Shown: positions 16,561-25,560, counted from the first letter of the stretch. The stretch: 35,364 nucleotides of DNA from a virus (IMGVR_UViG_3300044983_000134:1-35364); one strand, 5' to 3'. Notes: a model not told the origin generated them from the letters alone. A program made the numbers and translations.

Positions 16561-17967
16561 CTACGCGCACAGGACGCGCACGCTGGAGTTCTCGGCGTAG
16601 CCGACGCCGAACCCCATGAGCACGTCGAAGCGGTTGGTCATGCGTGAGAGGTTCTGGTCCCACGCGCGGACGAAGCGGACGGCGATGCCGGTTTCCGGAT
16701 CGCGCGTCTGCGAGCTGAGTTCGACGGCCTTCGGCATCTCGAGCTTGACGCCGACCATCATGAACGCGTCGCGCTGCAGGGCGAGTCCCTGAATGCCCGA
16801 CTTCGGCCCCGTGGAGGGCGTGGTCGTGCCCGCGAAGAGCGTCACGAGCGAGGTCGTCACTGGCAGGGCATCGACGTTCTGATACTGGCTGCCCGGTCCG
16901 AAGATCGCCGGGTAGATCGGCACCGTGACCGTCGAGGCGGTCGCCGTCACGTTGTCCGTGATCGTGAACTGCTTCGTGGTCGCCGTGGTCGTGCGTCGGC
17001 GCGTGACCGGGTTGACCGCGTAGACCGACGCGATGCTGATCACGTCGCCCTTATTGAACGTGTCGCCAGAGGTGCAGTTCAGGAGCAGCGTAGATCCGGA
17101 CTGGCCGGAGCCGCTGATCGTGACCGAGCTCGGCGTCTGCCACACGCCCGCCGTGTGCGAGTAGAGCGACATCGACTCATACCAATCGAAGCCGCTGTTC
17201 GTGCCGATGGACCCCTCGCGATACTGCCGCGAAATGTCCGACGCCGGGTTGAAATACTGAATCGCGGCGTTGACGAGCGACGTGTTCACCGAGGGCGGGA
17301 TGATCATGCCCTTCGGACCGCCGCGCATCCAGCCGGCGAGCTCCACCATCCGCTGCCGCGCCTGGTTGATGGTCTGGAACGACGTCGGGTCCGTGCCGAG
17401 CACGCCGACGATGTTCGGGGTGTTCTGGTAGGCGAACAGCGCGAAGCGGGAGTCGATCTCCTGCGCGAGCTGCACCATCGCCGGTTCCAGATACTGCGCC
17501 CGCACGCGCTCGCGGCCGCGTTCCATTTTCAGCGCGGCCTCGGCGGAATCCCAGCCGAAGTCGATGCCGAAAATCTGATCGCAGCTGATCGTCGTGTAGA
17601 TGCGGTTGATCGGCTGTTCCTGATACTGGAGGCCGTCGCGCACGGTCCAGCGCTGCGGCAGCGGCACGCGGATGGTCTGCCCGACCGCGAACTCCTGCTC
17701 GTAGTCCTCGTTGTGGTCCATGTTGGCGAACTGACCGCAGACGAGTTTGTTCTTCAGGATGCGGAGGCCTTCCATCGTCAGCCAGTCGACGTATTGGAAG
17801 GAGTTGGTCGCCAGCGCGACGCCAGAGGCGTGCGCTGTGTGCCACACCGCCAGCGCGACGAGCGCGAAGACGGCGAGCGAGACGGCTTTGGTCCAGAGCG
17901 GGCGAGCCGGGTCGAGAATGGACCCCTTCAGGCCACGCTGCAGACGCTGCAGAGCGGGTGTCGTCAT
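16561..17967 (-). CDS. Major capsid protein, P22 coat (gp5) family, with hydrophobic N-terminal extension
   Basis: EGLRILKNKL, VGQTIRVPLP, YLEPAMVQLAQEID, QYREGSIG..GFDWYES, GDVISIASVYAVNPVT, IYPAI..QYQNV, RFDVLMG motifs. Confidence 0.92.
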   Translation of the reverse strand: MTTPALQRLQRGLKGSILDPARPLWTKAVSLAVFALVALAVWHTAHASGVALATNSFQYVDWLTMEGLRILKNKLVCGQFANMDHNEDYEQEFAVGQTIRVPLPQRWTVRDGLQYQEQPINRIYTTISCDQIFGIDFGWDSAEAALKMERGRERVRAQYLEPAMVQLAQEIDSRFALFAYQNTPNIVGVLGTDPTSFQTINQARQRMVELAGWMRGGPKGMIIPPSVNTSLVNAAIQYFNPASDISRQYREGSIGTNSGFDWYESMSLYSHTAGVWQTPSSVTISGSGQSGSTLLLNCTSGDTFNKGDVISIASVYAVNPVTRRRTTTATTKQFTITDNVTATASTVTVPIYPAIFGPGSQYQNVDALPVTTSLVTLFAGTTTPSTGPKSGIQGLALQRDAFMMVGVKLEMPKAVELSSQTRDPETGIAVRFVRAWDQNLSRMTNRFDVLMGFGVGYAENSSVRVLCA

Positions 17968-17969
17968 GG

Positions 17970-18953
17970 TTACTTTCGGAGGCTGGCGGTCTCGCGGGCG
18001 TTCATAATCCGCGTGTAGCCAGCAAAGTCGCCGCGTGCGAGGGCCGCGTCGGCATCATCCGCACCGGCCGAGGTGCGCGTGTCGAGTCGCGGCGCCGGAG
18101 GCGGCGCATCGGTTGTGGTTTTGACAGGCGGCACGGCATCCTTTAGGGACACGCCGAGCAGCACCATCGCTTCGATCTGCTGGAGCGGCGAGAGCGCCGT
18201 AATGCGGGCGACCTCGTCGGGATGGTCGTAGAGGTGATACAGCGTCTTCGGCCCCATCTCCGACTCGAGAATCCAGAGGTCGGCCGCGCTGCCTGCGGGA
18301 ATCGCGATCGGCTGGCTGAACTTCTCGACGGCATCGGGATGATCGGCTTTGACGGCCTCGACCTTGCGCGTCCACTCGGTTTGGATGCGCTGGGTTTCCG
18401 ACTGCGCGTGCGCCTTCGCTGACTGCTCGGCCGACTGCTTATCGCGGTCGGCCAGCAACGCGCTGGCTTTCCACCCGGCGAGGTCTTCGACGTATTGCGG
18501 GTCGGAGGTGCCGAGCGGATATTTCGTGTAGTCGGTGCCGTCAGGCTTGGGGCCGATCTCCACGGCTGCAGGTGGCGGGGCTGCTTGGGTCGCCGGGGGC
18601 CGTGGGGCGGTTTCGGCGCGGAGTTCGGCGCGCTTTTTCAGGAGCCCGTCGATTTCCGCTTGGAGTTCCGCTTTGCGCGTCTCTGCGCCTTTCCCTTTGG
18701 CCGGTTCCGAGGCGGCCGGTGGTGTCGCGTCCGTTGACGCGGCCTGCGCGGCAGGCTCGGCGGGGGACGAGTCCGCAGCGAACGTCGGCTTGATCGCGTC
18801 GGGCATCTCGCCGGTCGCCTCATACGAGGCGCGGTCAGCGGCGCTCATCGAACGCAAGATATCGGTCGGGGACGTGAGGACCGGCGCAGCGGCCACAGGG
18901 GGCGCGGCAACGGCTGGAGGAGTCGCAACGGGCGGAGCAGCGGCGTCGGCCAT
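17970..18953 (-). CDS. Capsid scaffolding protein
   Basis: Between portal and coat; Pro/Ala-rich N-terminus, YVEDLAGWK, ESEMGPKTLYHL..HPDEVARI..LSP, APPP and C-terminal DFAGY helix. Confidence 0.85.
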   Translation of the reverse strand: MADAAAPPVATPPAVAAPPVAAAPVLTSPTDILRSMSAADRASYEATGEMPDAIKPTFAADSSPAEPAAQAASTDATPPAASEPAKGKGAETRKAELQAEIDGLLKKRAELRAETAPRPPATQAAPPPAAVEIGPKPDGTDYTKYPLGTSDPQYVEDLAGWKASALLADRDKQSAEQSAKAHAQSETQRIQTEWTRKVEAVKADHPDAVEKFSQPIAIPAGSAADLWILESEMGPKTLYHLYDHPDEVARITALSPLQQIEAMVLLGVSLKDAVPPVKTTTDAPPPAPRLDTRTSAGADDADAALARGDFAGYTRIMNARETASLRK

Positions 18954-19144
18954 CGAGGTCTCGCAGCGCGTCCGTCCACGCGTCGTCGGTTTGATGCAAC
19001 GGCCAACGAAAAACGCCCGGCAGGTGTTCAGGGCTGAGACTGAACAAATGCGCGGGCGTCTTCCGCGGCCGTCTTTGTCCTACACACAGGCGGTGACGAG
19101 CCGCCGTTCGGTAATGAGCCTAGTGTGTTGGAAAAATGTGTCTA
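18954..19144 (-). promoter_or_regulatory. Structured leader of the scaffold gene with possible promoter
   Basis: Long interrupted hairpin 18999-19072 (ACGGCC/GGCCGT, GACGCCCG/CGGGCGTT, TGTTCAG/CTGAACA); TAGACA-N16-TAGGCT upstream. Confidence 0.5.
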
Positions 19145-19369
19145 CTACATCTGGTGGTCGGTAGTGTCGCGCATCGGCGCGGCGGTGTCAACTGGCGCGA
19201 CCTCCAAGCGCGGAAGTTGCGCCAGGAAGGTCTCCGCCAGCGTTCGAATCAGCGTCTCGGCTTGCGCTGGCGTGAGATGGCGATACAGCGCAGGATCGCA
19301 CGTCAGCCGATGCCGGTCGTCGGCCTCGTCGCGGAGCGCGATATGGAACTGCAGCGAATAGCGCGTCAC
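19145..19369 (-). CDS. Hypothetical protein (74 aa)
   Basis: GGAGG in the portal 3' end precedes the GTG. Confidence 0.6.
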   Translation of the reverse strand: MTRYSLQFHIALRDEADDRHRLTCDPALYRHLTPAQAETLIRTLAETFLAQLPRLEVAPVDTAAPMRDTTDHQM

Positions 19370-19371
19370 GC

Positions 19372-21696
19372 CTACACCTCCGGCTCTGGCGCTGGCTGCA
19401 ACTCCGCCTGCCGCTCGGTCTGCGCCGCCTCGTGCGCGTGTCCCATCGCCTGCAACGCCGCCTCGTGCGCGTGCGACAGCCGCGTCATCTCCGCCTCGTG
19501 CGCGAGCGCGATGATCTCCAGCGCGTGCTCGTTCATCTGGTCGCCGCGTTCCTTCGCGGCCGTGATGAACGCGACGCGGATCGAGGTCGCATCCTTCATC
19601 GCCTGTAGTGTGATGGCCTTCTGCGCGTCCATCGCGGCGAGCCGCTGATCCGATTGCGCCTTAGCCTGCGTCTGCGCGGTCTTCGCTTCGATTTCCTGCG
19701 ACGCGTGCTGGAGCAGCCCGTGTGCCTCGTCGAGTTGCTTCTTGAGCTGCGCGTTCTCCGCCTGCATCTGCTGCGGGTCGGGGCCTTTGCCCTCCTGCTC
19801 CGCCTTCGCCGCGCGCAGTTCCGGTGGCCACAGCGTCTCGAGGTCTTTCGCGAGGTCGTCGGCAATCGGCCCCGCGTCGAGCAGTTTTATGGCGGTCGGC
19901 GCGGCAATGCGCGCGATGGCTTGGTCGCCGGACTTCAGGAGCGTCATCGCGAGGTCGTTCGCCTGCTCGCGCTCGCTGTCGAAGTTCGGGCCGGTGCCGA
20001 TCGTGACCGCGTGCTGGTGCTGCGGGTCGAGTGCAATGGACTCCGGGTCGGTCGGGTCGTTCACGCGCACGGCCTTGACCATCCCGCGTGCGTCGCGCGT
20101 CGTGATGTCCTTCGCGGTGTCGTCGTAGTAGGGCAGGAGGTCGTCAAGGATGCAGCCGACGTGCCGGATCATGTCGTCGTAGTGGTCGATGAAGTGATAG
20201 CTGCCGGCGTCCGACTGCGCATCGAGTTGTTTCAGCGCCACGCCGGACTTCACGTTCGTATCGGCGCGTCCGACGCTGGCCGAGTAGCGCCCGAGCGCGT
20301 TCTGGATGTCGCGCTTGTAGCCTTCGGCCACGATCTCGTAGCCGCCCATGCTCGACATGTCGGGCAACTCACGCCGCGGCAGCGGCAGCACGGTCGTCGA
20401 GCCTGACTCCTCCGCGAAGGGCTTCGCGAGCACGACCGCGACGGGCGTATGGAGCGACTGCTGAATCAACGCGAGTTGCGCGGCGTCGAGTTGGCCCTCA
20501 TACGCCATATACGGCGTGCGCGGCTGCATCGCGGCGACTTCCATCTGCGTCGACTTCGTCCAGTTGTAGGCTTTCTGCCCGTCGCGCGCGAGGCGGATGT
20601 AGGACAGGATGACTTTCTTCCCGCCCACGCCCGCGTCGTTCATGTAGAGGATCTTGCCGTAGGCCGCTGCAAACGGGATGAACTTGCCCTTCCAGACGTG
20701 CTTCTTCGGCGCGTCCGTCTTCGCGAGCAGTTCGACGCCGTTCGTGAGATACATGCAGACTTCGGGCACGTCGCGCGTCCACGTGTCGAGCACCTTGCCG
20801 GATGGACGCGGAGCCTTATCGACACCCTCGATCCAGACCACGGCCGGTTTCGGCGGCAGCGCCTGTCCCGTGAGGCGCGCTTTCGTCTGCTCGATGAGCG
20901 AGTAGCTTGGCTGAATCTGATAGCACTGGCGCGCGACGGGGCGGCAGGTCCAGTATTCCGCGATCTGGAGCCGGTCCTGCTGAATCCACCGCGGCGACAT
21001 CGCCTGCAAATCGAGGCCGAAATCCTGCACCACGGCATCGGGGTAGTCGCGCTTGAATTCGGCTTTCGTGATGGACTTCGTGTAGAACAGAAACTTCCAG
21101 TCCGCACCGGCCGTCGACTCGGCGTCCGGGTCCGGCAGCACCTGGTCAGGATTCGGAATCGGGCGAATGCGCAGCGCCTGGTTGCGCGAGCGCGGCGACT
21201 CGTAGTCGGCGGTGACGCGGACGTAGCCGAACGAACGCTGGGCTTCGTTCTCGAACGCCGTCGTGTAGGCTTCCTGCGCGTGCGAGAGGTATTCGATCTG
21301 GCGGATGCGGTTGCCGCGCAGTTCCGCCGTCTGGTCGTTCGCGCCGTTGCCTTCCGGCGTGACCTTGATCGCGCGCTTGTTCTGGCGCACGGTATTGACG
21401 AGCTGGTTGATGTATTGCTGGAGCTGGTCGAGCGAGAGGATGGGACGCCCGACGCGCGCCTGCCGATCTTCCGCGCTCCACGCATCGCCCGCGACGTAGC
21501 GCATGTCCTCGTCGGCGTCTTGGCGGATCGTCTGCCACTGCTCGTAGGCGTAGTCGAAATCGCGATGCAGTTGCGCGAGGATGGCGCGGTCGGTGGCGGG
21601 CACGCCGGCTCGTGTCGCGACGCCATCGCTGTCGTAATCGGTGCGCTTGGCGAGTTGGCGCACGGGCGTCGGCGCGTTGTTCTTGGTGTCGGCCAT
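19372..21696 (-). CDS. Portal protein, P22-like
   Basis: 774 aa; EDMRYVAGDAW..R..RPILS, QNKRAIKV.P, SFGYVRV, IAEYW, KFIPF, ARDGQKAYN, SGVAL, GPNFDSERE and a coiled-coil C-terminus. Confidence 0.93.
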   Translation of the reverse strand: MADTKNNAPTPVRQLAKRTDYDSDGVATRAGVPATDRAILAQLHRDFDYAYEQWQTIRQDADEDMRYVAGDAWSAEDRQARVGRPILSLDQLQQYINQLVNTVRQNKRAIKVTPEGNGANDQTAELRGNRIRQIEYLSHAQEAYTTAFENEAQRSFGYVRVTADYESPRSRNQALRIRPIPNPDQVLPDPDAESTAGADWKFLFYTKSITKAEFKRDYPDAVVQDFGLDLQAMSPRWIQQDRLQIAEYWTCRPVARQCYQIQPSYSLIEQTKARLTGQALPPKPAVVWIEGVDKAPRPSGKVLDTWTRDVPEVCMYLTNGVELLAKTDAPKKHVWKGKFIPFAAAYGKILYMNDAGVGGKKVILSYIRLARDGQKAYNWTKSTQMEVAAMQPRTPYMAYEGQLDAAQLALIQQSLHTPVAVVLAKPFAEESGSTTVLPLPRRELPDMSSMGGYEIVAEGYKRDIQNALGRYSASVGRADTNVKSGVALKQLDAQSDAGSYHFIDHYDDMIRHVGCILDDLLPYYDDTAKDITTRDARGMVKAVRVNDPTDPESIALDPQHQHAVTIGTGPNFDSEREQANDLAMTLLKSGDQAIARIAAPTAIKLLDAGPIADDLAKDLETLWPPELRAAKAEQEGKGPDPQQMQAENAQLKKQLDEAHGLLQHASQEIEAKTAQTQAKAQSDQRLAAMDAQKAITLQAMKDATSIRVAFITAAKERGDQMNEHALEIIALAHEAEMTRLSHAHEAALQAMGHAHEAAQTERQAELQPAPEPEV

Positions 21697-21699
21697 GCG

Positions 21700-22065
21700 C
21701 TACGACTTCACCAGCCGAAATCCCTTATCGCGTCCCGTCGCCTGCCGCGTAACCGGATCGATTTCGCCGGCGCGCATGACGAGGTCCGGCGCATCCGTCA
21801 GCTCCACGCGCGGAACGACGACGACATGCCGCACGAGTCGCACGCTCTCCCCGCGCTCGGGAATCGGCGGTAGGATGGAGCCGAGGTCGCGCAGGCTGTT
21901 CATGGAGTCGCGGCGATACCACGGCTCGACTTCGATGGTGCCGTCCAGTTTCAGCACGGCGAGGCCGTTATGGAGCGTGGTGCCCGCGAGGCCGTGCGTG
22001 CGGCAGAGGCAGAGCGGTTGCTCGATGGTGAAGAGAGGCGCGGCACAGACCGAGCACGGCATCAC
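21700..22065 (-). CDS. Hypothetical protein with N-terminal Zn-finger-like CxxC..CxxH
   Basis: GTGA coupling; CSVC...CRTH. Confidence 0.6.
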   Translation of the reverse strand: MMPCSVCAAPLFTIEQPLCLCRTHGLAGTTLHNGLAVLKLDGTIEVEPWYRRDSMNSLRDLGSILPPIPERGESVRLVRHVVVVPRVELTDAPDLVMRAGEIDPVTRQATGRDKGFRLVKS

Positions 22066-22265
22066 CGTCGCCCCGACTTCCGCACATGCGGCACCACGCG
22101 TCGCCGCTGCTGGGTCAGCGCGCGCACATCCGCCTCATTGAGCGCTTCGATGTCTCGATGCGTCGCCGCGCGCCCGTGCGCCGACGTCGCGCCGCAGTCG
22201 CCACAGACCGACACCGCCCCGCGGACACACGCCGGCGCACAGCCGCAGCGATGGCACGCGCTCAT
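22062..22265 (-). CDS. Small Cys-rich hypothetical protein
   Basis: ATGA coupling at 22265; CHRC...CGDC. Confidence 0.55.
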   Translation of the reverse strand: MSACHRCGCAPACVRGAVSVCGDCGATSAHGRAATHRDIEALNEADVRALTQQRRRVVPHVRKSGRR

Positions 22266-22366
22266 GCCGTGTCCTGCCACGCGCCGGCCATCGCCCACGC
22301 ACGCCGGCGCGAGTAGAAACAGGCGCGGAACGAGAGATACAGTTCCACGCGCCGCCAGCCCGTCAT
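22262..22366 (-). CDS. 34-aa mini-ORF (MTGWRRVELYLSF...)
   Basis: ATGA overlaps at both ends. Confidence 0.5.
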   Translation of the reverse strand: MTGWRRVELYLSFRACFYSRRRAWAMAGAWQDTA

Positions 22367-22485
22367 TCGCGGTCCTCGGAATCCACCATCTCGCGCGACG
22401 CCCAGCCCGCCCAAACCATGAGCACCATCACGAGGCCCGCGAACGCGACGCAGCCGTAGGCGAACGCCGTCAGTTGCGGGCTCAT
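22363..22485 (-). CDS. 40-aa single-TM mini-protein (MSPQLTAFAYGCVAFAGLVMVLMVWAGW...)
   Basis: ATGA overlaps at both ends; one hydrophobic helix; below the ORF-track cutoff. Confidence 0.55.
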   Translation of the reverse strand: MSPQLTAFAYGCVAFAGLVMVLMVWAGWASREMVDSEDRE

Positions 22486-22712
22486 CGGCGCCGCCGATCA
22501 CGGTTGGAGTAGGCGTGGCTCTCGGTCGTTGCGCGGAGGGACTCGCGCTGCTTGCGGGCGGCGGCGGTTTTGTGCTCCGGCACGTGCCGCTGCTCGCTGA
22601 TCGCGATGGCGACGGCTTGCTTGCGGTTCTTCACCACGGGGCCATGCGTCGAGCCGCTGTGCAGCTGGCCAGCGCCGTATTCTTGCATCACGCCACGAAC
22701 GGATTTAGGCAT
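22482..22712 (-). CDS. DUF6496-like small basic protein
   Basis: VMQEYGAGQLHSGS..GPVVKNRKQAVAIAISE motif; GGAG SD. Confidence 0.75.
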   Translation of the reverse strand: MPKSVRGVMQEYGAGQLHSGSTHGPVVKNRKQAVAIAISEQRHVPEHKTAAARKQRESLRATTESHAYSNRDRRRR

Positions 22713-22884
22713 CGGTGCTCCGCAGCGCGTTCCACCGCGCGGCATCCTGTTCGCTCTGAATCAGCGCCTTGTCCGTCCGCGCCGACAGCGGCGTGCGCTT
22801 CCCGCCGACGCTCACCATGACGCGCAGCGGCGGGGTCGCGGTCGGCAGGCACGAGCGCAGCGTGGTCACGGTGTAGGCGTCCAT
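22705..22884 (-). CDS. Hypothetical protein (59 aa)
   Basis: ATG 22884 downstream of a TGgTAGACT extended -10-like element. Confidence 0.45.
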   Translation of the reverse strand: MDAYTVTTLRSCLPTATPPLRVMVSVGGKRTPLSARTDKALIQSEQDAARWNALRSTDA

Positions 22885-22913
22885 GCGGGGTGTCGGCGGT
22901 AGTCTACCACGAC

Positions 22914-23042
22914 TCAACAACGCAACCACGGTAGCGCCGAGACAGGGTCACACGCGCGCCTCGGCGGCCCGCTGTGCCATGTCAGCAGCGTCACGAGCGA
23001 GAGCGCCAGAGCGGCCAACGCCAACCGCTCCAGACGCGTCAT
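22914..23042 (-). CDS. 42-aa hydrophobic mini-protein (MTRLERLALAALALSLVTLLTWH...)
   Basis: ATGA overlap with the TerL stop; one hydrophobic helix. Confidence 0.5.
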   Translation of the reverse strand: MTRLERLALAALALSLVTLLTWHSGPPRRACDPVSALPWLRC

Positions 23043-24535
23043 GCGAACGCCGTCGTGGGCCGAAACGGCGGCGGCGCGGCCTTCGCCATCGCCACCTTGC
23101 GCGCAAACGTCAACGCGAGGGCATCGGCGTCATCCGGCGACGCGATATCCCGACGTTTCATGTCCTTTTTCGACTCCAGCCATACGCGCTGCTTCGGGTC
23201 TTCGCGCAGGCCTGGCGCGCACAGGTCCGTCTCAAGCCGCGGCGTCGCGTCGATCGCGCCCGTGAGAAGCCATGCTTTGAGTTCTTGCCACATAAAGTCG
23301 CGGTAGTAGCGCGTCTTCGTCGGCTCCGGCGAGTCCGCGCCAAAGTTCACCTCGGCGACGTTCTTGTGCCCGAGCTCGCGCAACCGCGCGGCAATCGGCC
23401 CCGCAATGCCGGCGCTGTCGAGGAACAGCATCGCCACCTTGCGCGCGACGCCATCGCTGCACAGATACGGCGTCGTCAGCACGTCCGCGAGTCGGTTCGT
23501 GAGGACGGCGGGGTCGCGGGTGAGTTCGCCGGGGATGCGGATGGCCGGCAGACTACGTGCGTCCCGTCCACGGCGGAAGCGGATGACATTGCTGTCACTG
23601 CCACCCCACGCCAAGTCGCAACCCGCCACGAGAGGCTCGTCGGGAAGGACCACGACCTGTCGCTTCTGTGCGTCGCGCACACGCTGACTGTCGATGAACT
23701 GAGCATCGCTCGCATTGGGCGGCAGACCACGCACACGGACTCTAAACCTGTCTGAATCTTCGCCGCCCCAGTCCTCAAGTTGCTCACGGATTAACTCCTG
23801 ATTCGGAAACTTGCACGTCCGCGCGTCGATGATCCACGTCTTCCAGCGCTTTCCCTTGTCGCCGAACACGATGTCGTAGAACGCGCCGCTGCGCCGCGTG
23901 GGGTTGCCGAACAGAAACTGCATCGGCTCGCCATCGGTCAGGCCGCCTTCTTCGACCTCGTGAATGATCTCAGGCACGTTGCTGTCTTCGTCGTTGATAT
24001 AGAAACTCGTGGACGCCGCGTTGTGCTGGCCAGCGAACGACTCGCTGTTGTCGGGGTCGCACGTCTGCGGCGACACCTTCCACGACTCGCGATGGCCCTT
24101 CGCGAACATGATGCTCGTGTTGATCTCAAACCACGACGCGGTCAGTGCCTGCTTGGCCCAGTAGGCGATCGCGGGCCAGGTTTTGTCTTGGAGCTGTGGG
24201 CCGGTGTTCGCGGTCACGACGCCTTTCGCGTGGCTGCGCGTCGACATGATGACGGTCGTGAGCATCCCAACGAGCGCGCCCTTGCCGATGCCGTGTCCGC
24301 TCGAGACGGCGCCGCGAATCGGCAACACTGGCGTCAGCCCATCGAACGCGCGCGTGCGCACCTCGTCGCTGAGCCACTCGAAGAACTCGCATTGCCAATA
24401 GTCGGGCTCATGGATGCCGGCGAGGAATGTGCCCGGCTTTCCCCAGGGCCAGAGGAACATGACCGCGCCGAGGAAGTCGTCGTAATACTCGCGGACAGCC
24501 GCGGCGAGCTCCTGCTGTTGGTTACTCGGAGGCAT
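23039..24535 (-). CDS. terL: Terminase large subunit
   Basis: AVSSGHGIGK Walker A, INDE Walker B, FGNPTR, RFRVRVRG, nuclease GCDLAWGGSD and SPDDADAL. Confidence 0.95.
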   Translation of the reverse strand: MPPSNQQQELAAAVREYYDDFLGAVMFLWPWGKPGTFLAGIHEPDYWQCEFFEWLSDEVRTRAFDGLTPVLPIRGAVSSGHGIGKGALVGMLTTVIMSTRSHAKGVVTANTGPQLQDKTWPAIAYWAKQALTASWFEINTSIMFAKGHRESWKVSPQTCDPDNSESFAGQHNAASTSFYINDEDSNVPEIIHEVEEGGLTDGEPMQFLFGNPTRRSGAFYDIVFGDKGKRWKTWIIDARTCKFPNQELIREQLEDWGGEDSDRFRVRVRGLPPNASDAQFIDSQRVRDAQKRQVVVLPDEPLVAGCDLAWGGSDSNVIRFRRGRDARSLPAIRIPGELTRDPAVLTNRLADVLTTPYLCSDGVARKVAMLFLDSAGIAGPIAARLRELGHKNVAEVNFGADSPEPTKTRYYRDFMWQELKAWLLTGAIDATPRLETDLCAPGLREDPKQRVWLESKKDMKRRDIASPDDADALALTFARKVAMAKAAPPPFRPTTAFA

Positions 24536-24848
24536 CGGCCATCACGTGCGCGAGGACGAAGGCGAGTTGGCGCTCCAACAGCGTAGGCGGGGCGTCGGTG
24601 GCCCGCGTCGCGCGCGCGATGCTCTGCGGGTCGGTGACGCGGCGGCGGTCCGTATTGCCGTTGTGCCAGCAGCCGCAGGTGCGGCACTTATATGCGACGA
24701 GCACGCGCCGCTCGCGGGCGCCACCCTCGCGCAAGATGCGCCGCCCCACAGCGAGCGCGTGCGCCTTCGACGGATGGCGTTCTTTACTGCGGCACGACGC
24801 GCCGTTGAGTTCCGCGAGCAGCCGCTCGTCGCCGTGATGCTTCCTCAC
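24522..24848 (-). CDS. Small Zn-binding phage protein
   Basis: GTGA coupling; C.SK.RH.S...A and YKCRTCGCWH. Confidence 0.65.
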   Translation of the reverse strand: MRKHHGDERLLAELNGASCRSKERHPSKAHALAVGRRILREGGARERRVLVAYKCRTCGCWHNGNTDRRRVTDPQSIARATRATDAPPTLLERQLAFVLAHVMADASE

Positions 24849-25114
24849 GCCGCGTCCGCAGCCCCGCGTCGCGCGTGGAGCCCAACCGCCCCGTCCTGCA
24901 TCGCGCGCTGGAGTTCCGCGAGGCCAAGCGGAGAGACCGCGTAGCGTCCGCGCACGGTGGTGGAGACATAGGGCGATCCTCCCGCGACCATGATGCGCCA
25001 TTCGCCCTTTTTGAGCGTGTCGCGCGGCACGGTGTAGCCCGTCGGACGGTGCCAGCGGCGGAGGAGATAGCCGGCGGCGAGGGACACGAGCGCGATGAAG
25101 ATACCAGTCAGCAT
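24845..25114 (-). CDS. N-terminally membrane-anchored hypothetical protein
   Basis: MLTGIFIALVSLAAGYLLRR. Confidence 0.6.
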   Translation of the reverse strand: MLTGIFIALVSLAAGYLLRRWHRPTGYTVPRDTLKKGEWRIMVAGGSPYVSTTVRGRYAVSPLGLAELQRAMQDGAVGLHARRGAADAA

Positions 25115-25119
25115 CAGTC

Positions 25120-25560
25120 TCAGCCTTTCCTATTCCGCGCCGCCGCGCGCTGCCGCCCTTCGGCAATCGCCGCCGCGAGCTCGCCGGTCACGTGTAAATT
25201 CACATCCGCCGCCTGTTCCTTCGGCTTGTCGAGCGCGCGGTTCATCAGGTCGGTGAACGCTTGGGTCGACGGGTCTTTCGTCGCCAGATAATACCGCTCC
25301 TGCGGCCCGTTGAGCACCGCGAGCATCTCATCAGCCGTCATCTCCGCCGGCGCTTTCGACCAGGTGCCGTCCTCGTTCCGGAGCATGAGATGCGTCAGTC
25401 CGATCGCATGCCGCGTCTGGGCCTCTATCAGTTCCGGCATGCGCTTCGTGACTTCCAGCCGCACCAGCTCCCGCGCCGCTTCTTTGGCGAGCGTAGAGGG
25501 CCATTTAACCCCCTTCGGCTTACCTCCACCGCGCCGTGCCCCACCATGACCGTTAGCCAT
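25120..25560 (-). CDS. terS: Terminase small subunit (putative)
   Basis: HGGARRGGGKPKG N-terminus, LMNRALDKPKE..VNLHVTGELAAAIAEGRQR C-terminus; first gene of the packaging operon. Confidence 0.75.
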   Translation of the reverse strand: MANGHGGARRGGGKPKGVKWPSTLAKEAARELVRLEVTKRMPELIEAQTRHAIGLTHLMLRNEDGTWSKAPAEMTADEMLAVLNGPQERYYLATKDPSTQAFTDLMNRALDKPKEQAADVNLHVTGELAAAIAEGRQRAAARNRKG

